Sequence record: NC_015287.1 | Strand: one strand, 5' to 3' | Length of the DNA stretch: 64,000 nucleotides | Shown: positions 45,514-52,703 of the stretch, one piece after another | Layout of the letters: the number at the start of each line of letters is the position of its first letter | Position numbering within the stretch: position 1 is the stretch's first letter | Translations under genes and position numbers: made by a program | The notes under the pieces: generated by a model | What the model saw: the letters and a program-made list of their open reading frames with translations, nothing else | What the model was told of the DNA's origin: nothing | Databases searched by the model: none

Positions 45514-46997
45514 AAAGAATTAAAAGACTAGTTATTGTTGGTGGCGGAACTGCTGGATGGATTACTGCATCATGGTTTGCTCGTAGATGGTCAAAACATT
45601 TTGAAGTAGTAATTATTGATAAGTCTCAACCAGAAAGAATTGGTGTGGGGGAAGCGACTCTTCTTAGTTTCCCAAATGTCATGAAGATGATGGGATATAA
45701 ACCTAGTGATTGGATGAGGGAAGTAGATGCAACATTTAAGTCTGGTATTTTATTTCCTGGCTGGGGTCATGAAGATGCGGAGATTTGGCATCCTTTTTCA
45801 TTTACAAGTGTAGGAGATACTAAAGTACCTTTATACGATCTATGGCAATCATTCCAAGAAAAATATGATCTAAAAAATATCTCTCCAATGTATAATTCTT
45901 CCTTGAAGAATAAAATTGAGACCAACTATGTACATGATTCTTATGCCTTCCAACTTGACTGTGGAAAGTTAGTACAGTTTTTGATGAGACATACTACACC
46001 TTATTGCAAATATATTCAGTCTGATGTAGTAGATATCATTAGAGATGGTCAATCGGATGATATAACTAAATCTAACATTAAAGAATTGGTGTTAGATGAT
46101 GGATCAAGAATTGATGCTGATATATTCGTAGACTGCACTGGTTGGAAACAACTTCTTGTTGGTAAAGACAATGTTGATTTGAGTGATAGACTGTATATCA
46201 ATGCAGCTCTTGCTGGTAGAGTGAAGTATGAAGATTATAGAAAAGAACAACATCCATACACTGCCTGCCCTGCACAAGAACATGGTTGGATATGGAAGAT
46301 TCCCACAAGATCCAGAATAGGAACAGGATATTGTTTCAATAGAGATATCAATGATCCAGATGAAGTAAGACAAGCGTTCTCTGATCACTGGAATGGTAGA
46401 ATCAAACCAGATGAAATGAGATTACTTGACTGGAAACCACAATATGTCAAAAATTTCTGGGTGGGTAATGTAGTTCCTATTGGACTTTCTGCTGGATTTA
46501 TTGAACCACTGGAAAGTACAGGACTTGCATTAATGATCAGAGGTGTGGAGTATCTGGAAGAAAGTCTTTACGGTGGTTACTTTAATAGTAAAGTAGAAGC
46601 ACCTTTCTATGATGCTAAAATGAAGTGTAGTTATGAGAGTGCTGTTGATTATGTAAACATGCACTATTCTTACTGCCGTAGAAAGGGTAGATTCTGGGAT
46701 TACGTTAGATCTAAATACCAGAAATCAGCAACACAAAAACTATTTGAGGAATACATCCAAGATCCCAATGTGAGGACTCCTCAAACTGGAAAGGTGGGTT
46801 CATTTTTTGATGGCACTAATTATCAAGTCTGGTTACTACAGTTAATGACAGATAAAATTAACTCTAAAGAGTATTGGAAAACTGACACAACTGTAATCCC
46901 AAGATTAGATAACTTTGTTGAAAACACGTTGGTTCAAAATCAATTAAACTCTATTGATCAGAGTCAATATATCACACATTTAGATACACTAGAATGA
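45510..46997 (+). CDS. Flavin-dependent halogenase, tryptophan halogenase (PrnA-like) family
   Basis: GGGTAGW FAD motif, GVGEAT, ATFKSGI (catalytic Lys position), FVDCTG, GWIWKIP (WxWxIP), FIEPLESTG. Confidence 0.9.
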   Translation: MKRIKRLVIVGGGTAGWITASWFARRWSKHFEVVIIDKSQPERIGVGEATLLSFPNVMKMMGYKPSDWMREVDATFKSGILFPGWGHEDAEIWHPFSFTSVGDTKVPLYDLWQSFQEKYDLKNISPMYNSSLKNKIETNYVHDSYAFQLDCGKLVQFLMRHTTPYCKYIQSDVVDIIRDGQSDDITKSNIKELVLDDGSRIDADIFVDCTGWKQLLVGKDNVDLSDRLYINAALAGRVKYEDYRKEQHPYTACPAQEHGWIWKIPTRSRIGTGYCFNRDINDPDEVRQAFSDHWNGRIKPDEMRLLDWKPQYVKNFWVGNVVPIGLSAGFIEPLESTGLALMIRGVEYLEESLYGGYFNSKVEAPFYDAKMKCSYESAVDYVNMHYSYCRRKGRFWDYVRSKYQKSATQKLFEEYIQDPNVRTPQTGKVGSFFDGTNYQVWLLQLMTDKINSKEYWKTDTTVIPRLDNFVENTLVQNQLNSIDQSQYITHLDTLE

Positions 46998-47395
46998 ATA
47001 GAATAGTATGGTGCAATGGCACGTTTGACATCTTGCACCCAGGCCATATTGAATTATTCAAGGTTGGTAAATCTCTAGGAGATAAACTTATTGTAGCAAC
47101 AGATACGGATGAAAAGATACGTCAAGATAAGGGTGAAACTAAGCCCGTCAATAATCTTTGTGACAGAATTTCGATGTTACAAGCAATAAAATACATTGAT
47201 GAAGTATTTTATTTTAATGACCGAAAAGAATTGGAAGGGTTGATAGAATTATACTCTCCTGATATACTATTGCTGGGTGATGATTGGAGAGGTGGTGACG
47301 TAGTTGGTATACAATATGCCAAAGAAGTAAGGTTTCTACCTCGCCTAAATTATTCAACAACTAATATTATTAGTAAGATTCGTGGAACAGTTTAA
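46994..47395 (+). CDS. rfaE2: Heptose-1-phosphate adenylyltransferase (RfaE/HldE domain II, cytidylyltransferase-like)
   Basis: NGTFDILHPGH, KGETKPVN, GDDW, YSTTNII. Confidence 0.8.
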   Translation: MNRIVWCNGTFDILHPGHIELFKVGKSLGDKLIVATDTDEKIRQDKGETKPVNNLCDRISMLQAIKYIDEVFYFNDRKELEGLIELYSPDILLLGDDWRGGDVVGIQYAKEVRFLPRLNYSTTNIISKIRGTV

Positions 47396-48221
47396 TGTAA
47401 TTGTTATTGGTGATAAGTGTACTGATAAGTACATCTATGGGGAATGTAGTAGATTAAGTCCAGAACAACCTGTACCTGTCTTAGATAAGAAAAAGGTTGA
47501 AGAAAAGCCTGGTATGGCAGGCAATACTGAATTGAATCTCAAGGCATTTGGTATTAACACCGTTCTACTTTCCCAGAGAGAAGAAATTACAAAGACTAGA
47601 TTCGTTGATACCAATAGTGGATATCAATTAATGCGTTTGGATGAAACTCCCAAGTGTGGTAGAATTGCAAATGCAGAATTGAAAATGGCATTTATGCACA
47701 TGAATCCACATGCTGTAGTCATTTCAGATTATGACAAAGGATATCTCACAGAAAATGATCTGTGGTCTATATGTCATAATGTCAACAGACCAGTATTTGT
47801 TGATACTAAAAAACGTAAACTATTCCAAAAAGATAATGTATTCTGGAAGATAAACAAAAAGGAATATGATCTTTTGGATGAGAGTCACATGCCTGATGAG
47901 AAAAATCTTATTGTTACTTTAGGATCAGAGGGTGTGATGTGGAGAGGATTAGTTTTTAAACCAGAAGTAGTCAAAGTATTTGACGTTTGTGGTGCTGGAG
48001 ATACCTTCCTCTCGGCTTTAGTCTACGAATTTTTAAGGACTAACAATATGCAGAAGTCTATTGAATTAGCAAACAAGGCTGCTGCAATCTCAGTAACTCA
48101 TCCTGGCGCTTATTACTTGACTAGGAGTGATATTGATTCACTATATGGAGAAGAAAATGGAGAAGTTAAAGATCAGCAAATCGGATCTAATGCACCACAG
48201 GTTGCAAGCGTGGTTGCGTGA
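47382..48221 (+). CDS. rfaE1: Heptose-7-phosphate kinase (RfaE/HldE domain I, PfkB family)
   Basis: RLSPEQPVPVL, PGMAGN, ISDYDKG, VFDVCGAGDTF. Confidence 0.8.
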   Translation: MEQFNVIVIGDKCTDKYIYGECSRLSPEQPVPVLDKKKVEEKPGMAGNTELNLKAFGINTVLLSQREEITKTRFVDTNSGYQLMRLDETPKCGRIANAELKMAFMHMNPHAVVISDYDKGYLTENDLWSICHNVNRPVFVDTKKRKLFQKDNVFWKINKKEYDLLDESHMPDEKNLIVTLGSEGVMWRGLVFKPEVVKVFDVCGAGDTFLSALVYEFLRTNNMQKSIELANKAAAISVTHPGAYYLTRSDIDSLYGEENGEVKDQQIGSNAPQVASVVA

Positions 48222-48369
48222 TCATACATGCCAAGATATTGAATACTTGGGAGAACAGGAAGACCACAATGGTGAAATGAAACATCTGTATCGTATTGGC
48301 GAACATAAAGTATTTCACGATCAAGTTGAAGAATTGGAAATGGTCGAAGTAGATGAAGACGAAGATTGA
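48157..48369 (+). CDS. Small hypothetical protein
   Basis: ATG at 48157 with GGAG upstream (the ORF track uses GTG 48127); MHHRLQAWLRDH motif; overlaps the kinase 3' end by 65 nt. Confidence 0.55.
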   Translation: MEKLKISKSDLMHHRLQAWLRDHTCQDIEYLGEQEDHNGEMKHLYRIGEHKVFHDQVEELEMVEVDEDED

Positions 48370-49057
48370 ATATATTTTCAGAGTAGATGGATCTGATATT
48401 TTTTATACGCCAGAAACAAATGGTGGTGGAGATTACTTCTTTACAGAATACCTAAACTTAGTCATGGAGAACTATGGCAGAGTTCATCATCTCATGGAAT
48501 GGTGTAGTGGACCTGGATTCATAGGTTATGGAATGATGGCAACTAATCTTTGTGATCATCTTACTCTATTAGATAAATTTGAACCAGCAGTAGAGGTAGC
48601 AAAGAAAACTGCTGAGAATTCATTCATAAAGACTATAGATCTTGTAGATACTGAGAAGGTATATCATCGTAGAGTTTTTCCTCGTACAACAATATATCAT
48701 TCAGATACTTGTTCAGTGTTATCCGATTATAAACTGGATCTGGTTGTAGGTAATCCTCCCCATTTTGAGTGTAAGGAAGATGCAATCAAAGCTCTTAGTA
48801 AGTTGGGTGGTACACCTTTATTCAACAATCACCTGTCAGAAATTCTTTTAGATCCAAATTGGGATGCTCACAGAGATATGTTTAGAGAAGTATCGACAAG
48901 ACTCTCAGATGATGGTACAATATGTTTGCAACTTCACTCAGGTGGATCTAGTGCTGATACATTTAGGTCAATGGTCGAGGAAGCTGGCATGAGAATTACT
49001 GGAACCTTCAATAGTGTTCAGTATGATGACATCTATTACATGGAGGTTAAGAAATGA
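48353..49057 (+). CDS. Class I SAM-dependent methyltransferase
   Basis: EWCSGPGFIG (motif I), LLDKFE, DLVVGNPPHF. Confidence 0.8.
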   Translation: MKTKIEYIFRVDGSDIFYTPETNGGGDYFFTEYLNLVMENYGRVHHLMEWCSGPGFIGYGMMATNLCDHLTLLDKFEPAVEVAKKTAENSFIKTIDLVDTEKVYHRRVFPRTTIYHSDTCSVLSDYKLDLVVGNPPHFECKEDAIKALSKLGGTPLFNNHLSEILLDPNWDAHRDMFREVSTRLSDDGTICLQLHSGGSSADTFRSMVEEAGMRITGTFNSVQYDDIYYMEVKK

Positions 49058-49389
49058 GGTACTGCGTTGATATTGATAATACTATCTGCACACCCACAGT
49101 AGGTAGAGATTACTCCAAGGCAGAACCATGGCCAGCTCGTATTGACATCATAAATAAATTATATGATGATGGTCATAACATTACCTATTTTACTGCTAGA
49201 GGTATGGGTAGATTTGGTGATGATCCAGATGCAAGTGTAAAAGCATCTGCTTTATTGTTTGACCTCACAGAACAACAACTTAAAGATTGGGGATGTAAAT
49301 ATCATACTCTAATTTTAGGTAAACCACATGCAGATTATTTTATCGATGACAAGGGGGTGAACGCAAATGAGTTCTTTGAACGCTTCTAG
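49054..49389 (+). CDS. Small HAD-family phosphatase (capsule-biosynthesis-phosphatase-like)
   Basis: VDIDNTIC (DxDxT), YFTARG, GKPHADYFIDDK. Confidence 0.75.
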   Translation: MRYCVDIDNTICTPTVGRDYSKAEPWPARIDIINKLYDDGHNITYFTARGMGRFGDDPDASVKASALLFDLTEQQLKDWGCKYHTLILGKPHADYFIDDKGVNANEFFERF

Positions 49390-49768
49390 AAGACCTCGTA
49401 ATGCCCGTGCAGCAGAACCAGTAAAATATGTACCTAAAGGTTGGGGATATGAAAAGTGGATCGCCAACTGTGAAAAGTATTGTGGCAAGTTATTGTTTAT
49501 TGCCAAAGATAAACAGTGTTCATGGCACTATCACAAACTAAAAGACGAAGTATTTTTTGTACAGAGTGGTAAGATAAAATTATATCACGGATGGGATGAT
49601 GATATTGAAAAGGCAGAAATAACTATCCTTAGAAGAGGAGACAAGTTTCATGTGCCTATTGGTCTGAAACATCGTATGTTTGCACTAGAAGATACCGAAC
49701 TTTTTGAGTTCAGTACAGAACATATGGATTCAGATTCTCATAGAATTATGCCTGGCGATCTTCTATGA
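49367..49768 (+). CDS. Cupin-domain protein, sugar isomerase-like
   Basis: PKGWGYEKWI, SWHYHKLKDEVF, GLKHRM, EFSTEH. Confidence 0.75.
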   Translation: MSSLNASRRPRNARAAEPVKYVPKGWGYEKWIANCEKYCGKLLFIAKDKQCSWHYHKLKDEVFFVQSGKIKLYHGWDDDIEKAEITILRRGDKFHVPIGLKHRMFALEDTELFEFSTEHMDSDSHRIMPGDLL

Positions 49769-50379
49769 TTGAAAAAATTACTGATATGATATATGTTGAA
49801 AGAGATGTTCTTTCACAGGATCAGTGTGATGAGATGATAAAATATTTTTGGGATAATCCACAATTACACGATGATGGCAAGGTAGAACATTTTAAGGATG
49901 GTGAATATCAAGGTAAGTTAGTAAACAAGGAACATAAAAATTGTATTCAATTTCAGTTTGAACCTCATCATAAGTATGCAAACTTGATGACACAAGTTAT
50001 TCAAGACGCATATTTGAATTACAGATATCAACTACCAGTTCTACCAGCATCAGACCTTGCAATATTGGATTACACCATTAGGTGTTATGAAAAAGGTAAA
50101 GGTATATTTAAAACACATGTTGATCAAGCAGAGGGTGGAACTATATCCAGACTATTTGCTTGTATCATATATTTGAATGATGTAGATGAAGGAGGAGAAA
50201 CATTCTTTCCTGATTGGAATATTGCTTGTAAATGTGAAAGAGGAAAGATACTTTTATTCCCATGTAATTGGATATTCCCACATGGATCTAACCCCAACAT
50301 ATCTCACCACAAGTATATACTAACTGCTTTTATAAATCTAAACTATGAAATGCCCATGTATGATGAAACAGTAGTATAA
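49765..50379 (+). CDS. 2OG-Fe(II) oxygenase (prolyl-4-hydroxylase-like)
   Basis: FKTHVD, IIYLNDVDEGGETFF, LFPCNWIFPHGSNP...KYI. Confidence 0.85.
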   Translation: MIEKITDMIYVERDVLSQDQCDEMIKYFWDNPQLHDDGKVEHFKDGEYQGKLVNKEHKNCIQFQFEPHHKYANLMTQVIQDAYLNYRYQLPVLPASDLAILDYTIRCYEKGKGIFKTHVDQAEGGTISRLFACIIYLNDVDEGGETFFPDWNIACKCERGKILLFPCNWIFPHGSNPNISHHKYILTAFINLNYEMPMYDETVV

Positions 50380-51152
50380 TCATGTTGATACCATGAGTTA
50401 TCTGCACAGGTATATTCTTGATACTTACCTTCTAGATGTTTGGGGAAGGGGATTACTTCAATCTCCGCCCCTTCTTTTTTGGCAATCAATTCCGCAACCT
50501 CTTGGAAAGAGATAGGATTGCCAGTCCCAACATCGTAGATGCCACTCCCTGCCGTATTATCTAGGACAACATCTACTACATCATCCACACATACAAAATC
50601 TCTAAAGGCATATTCAGAGTCTTCAAAAATTTTAATTACCTTGGTTTCTCTAGCTTGTTTAGTAAACTTACTAATTGGACTTGCTTGATCTCCTTTATGT
50701 TCCTCACCATCTCCATATACATTGAAGTATCTGAATCCCTGCACTTGTTCAAACTCATCCATGTGATCTAGAACCCAGTAATCTACAGTTGCTTTTGATA
50801 GTGCATAGAAGTTTAGTGGATTGATAGTTCCTTTCAGATATCCATACTCACTATGAATCTTACCATAAACAGATGCAGATGAGGCATATTTGACTGGGAT
50901 AGAATATTCTATTGCTTTTTCAAACAGTGCAATAGAGAACTCTATATTATACTTGTGAATTTTATTTACGTCTGTCTCTGTTGTACTTGATATGGCTCCC
51001 TGATGTAGAATCATCTCTACCTCATCCCACTTATCATATTGATTTAAGAAATCAAAAGCACCATCTTTTTCAACTCTATAAAGATTTTCTGGATCGATTC
51101 TCTTTTCAAATGCTTGACCTATAAAACCTTTGTAACCTGTAATGATAATCAT
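50343..51152 (-). CDS. hldD: ADP-L-glycero-D-manno-heptose 6-epimerase-like NAD-dependent epimerase
   Basis: ITGYKGFIG, HQGAISSTT, YASSASVYG, PLNFYALSK (YxxxK), GFRYFNVYG, RDFVCVDD, YQEYTCAD. Confidence 0.8.
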   Translation of the reverse strand: MIIITGYKGFIGQAFEKRIDPENLYRVEKDGAFDFLNQYDKWDEVEMILHQGAISSTTETDVNKIHKYNIEFSIALFEKAIEYSIPVKYASSASVYGKIHSEYGYLKGTINPLNFYALSKATVDYWVLDHMDEFEQVQGFRYFNVYGDGEEHKGDQASPISKFTKQARETKVIKIFEDSEYAFRDFVCVDDVVDVVLDNTAGSGIYDVGTGNPISFQEVAELIAKKEGAEIEVIPFPKHLEGKYQEYTCADNSWYQHDYTTVSSYMGIS

Positions 51153-51847
51153 AAGGGAAAATGTAATGGTATAAAAAATACTTGGACTAGTCGGTAAGTA
51201 TCACCTTCAAACCAGCCTGGTTTGTCATATGGGGTGTGAAGAATTTGATCTGGATACATTATCATTCTATTATACTTCATTTCTGCTAAATGTATCAACT
51301 CCCATGGACCTACACTATCGGTAATATGTTCCTTCCTCCATATTCCGTCTTGATTTGGATTAACTTGCTGTCCATTGTATGTATAAAACCCAGTGCCACC
51401 CTTACATTCTTTGGGTTTATTGAGATAAATTAGTCCAGCCCATCCTCTTGTCTCATATTCTGGTGGGTAGTCCACATGAGGTATTATATTCGTAAATTCT
51501 GACTGGGTTACATTGACTGAGAAGGGAACAGGTTTACAGGCTTCTTTAAATGTCTTCACTTCATCCATCTTTAATCCATACACATTCTCTGCTATTTGTT
51601 GCCATATTTCGTGCATATGATCAAGATTCATATTCATGTCTACCCTCACGCCAGGTAGATTGCCACAAACTCTTGGGTTATTTGTGCCTGGGCATCTGAG
51701 TGCAAGATTCCTTACCTTGTCTGGATTCTTGTAAAAATTATCAATATAGACTATGGGAGTTTCTTGCCAACCCATCAATTCTACTCTTGCTCCCAACTCT
51801 TCATTGATTGCAAAGGTTTCTGACTCGTTTATAAAATACTTTTTCAC
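51149..51847 (-). CDS. DUF6445-like protein, paralog of 39657..40316
   Basis: IDNFYKNPDKVR, PHVD, WAGLIYLN, GGTGFY, MKYNRMIMY, RLVQVFF; GTG start; ATGA-coupled to hldD. Confidence 0.7.
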   Translation of the reverse strand: MKKYFINESETFAINEELGARVELMGWQETPIVYIDNFYKNPDKVRNLALRCPGTNNPRVCGNLPGVRVDMNMNLDHMHEIWQQIAENVYGLKMDEVKTFKEACKPVPFSVNVTQSEFTNIIPHVDYPPEYETRGWAGLIYLNKPKECKGGTGFYTYNGQQVNPNQDGIWRKEHITDSVGPWELIHLAEMKYNRMIMYPDQILHTPYDKPGWFEGDTYRLVQVFFIPLHFPL

Positions 51848-51850
51848 TTA

Positions 51851-51858
51851 ACTAAATA
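51851..51858 (+). promoter_or_regulatory. Late promoter variant ACTAAATA
   Basis: Intergenic, upstream of gp13. Confidence 0.65.
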
Positions 51859-51884
51859 CTTCGGAGAACTTATGAATAGAGGGA

Positions 51885-52703
51885 ATGGCAAAACCCAATA
51901 GTAAAGATGGATTGAAAGAATATGCTCTTAGGAAACTTGGAAAGCCTGTTCTTGAGATCAATGTCGATGATGATCAGATAGATGATCTGATTGACGATGC
52001 CCTCCAACTGTTTCATGAAAGACACGGTGAAGGTATTGATAGAGTATTCTTGAAGCATAAAATTACTGAAGCAGAAAAACAAAGTATGCTCGGTGTACAG
52101 GCAACAACTACTGCCACTAGTACTGCTGGAGGTATTGCTTCTGCGGATTATACTGAGTCTGCAAACTATCTTCCACTACCCGATACCATCATTGGCGTAA
52201 ACAAAATCTTTAAAATGGACTCATCCACCATCTCGGCGGGTATGTTCAACGTCAAGTATCAGATCTTCCTTAATGATTTATACTACTACGGAGCAATCGA
52301 TTTGCTTAACTATAGTATGGTCAAATCATATCTAGAAACACTTGATTATATCTTGAATCCTGATATTCAAGTAAGATTTAATAAGAAGAACGGCAGATTA
52401 TACATGGATCTGAATGTGAAAGAACTGTCAGATAATAACTTTTTAATTATAGACTGTTATCGTATTGTAGATCCAGAAAGTGAAACTGCTGTTTACAACG
52501 ATCACTGGCTTAAACAGTATACCACTGCACTAATCAAACGTCAATGGGGTCAGAATCTCATTAAGTTCACTGGTGTCAAGTTACCTGGCGGACTAGAACT
52601 GAATGGTAGACAGATATATGACGATGCTGTTATGGAATTAGAAAAACTTGATGAGAAGTTAATGAATGAATATGCAATGCCACCTCTAGACTTTGTTGGA
52701 TAA
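51885..52703 (+). CDS. gp13: Neck protein gp13
   Basis: LKEYALRKLGKPVLEINVDDDQ...WLKQYTTALIKRQWGQNLIKF...LPGG...NG. Confidence 0.93.
   Translation: MAKPNSKDGLKEYALRKLGKPVLEINVDDDQIDDLIDDALQLFHERHGEGIDRVFLKHKITEAEKQSMLGVQATTTATSTAGGIASADYTESANYLPLPDTIIGVNKIFKMDSSTISAGMFNVKYQIFLNDLYYYGAIDLLNYSMVKSYLETLDYILNPDIQVRFNKKNGRLYMDLNVKELSDNNFLIIDCYRIVDPESETAVYNDHWLKQYTTALIKRQWGQNLIKFTGVKLPGGLELNGRQIYDDAVMELEKLDEKLMNEYAMPPLDFVG

Noticed and set aside
51870-52082. 70-aa minus-strand ORF upstream of the DUF6445-like gene
   Set aside because: Fully antisense to the conserved gp13 start; no coding features.
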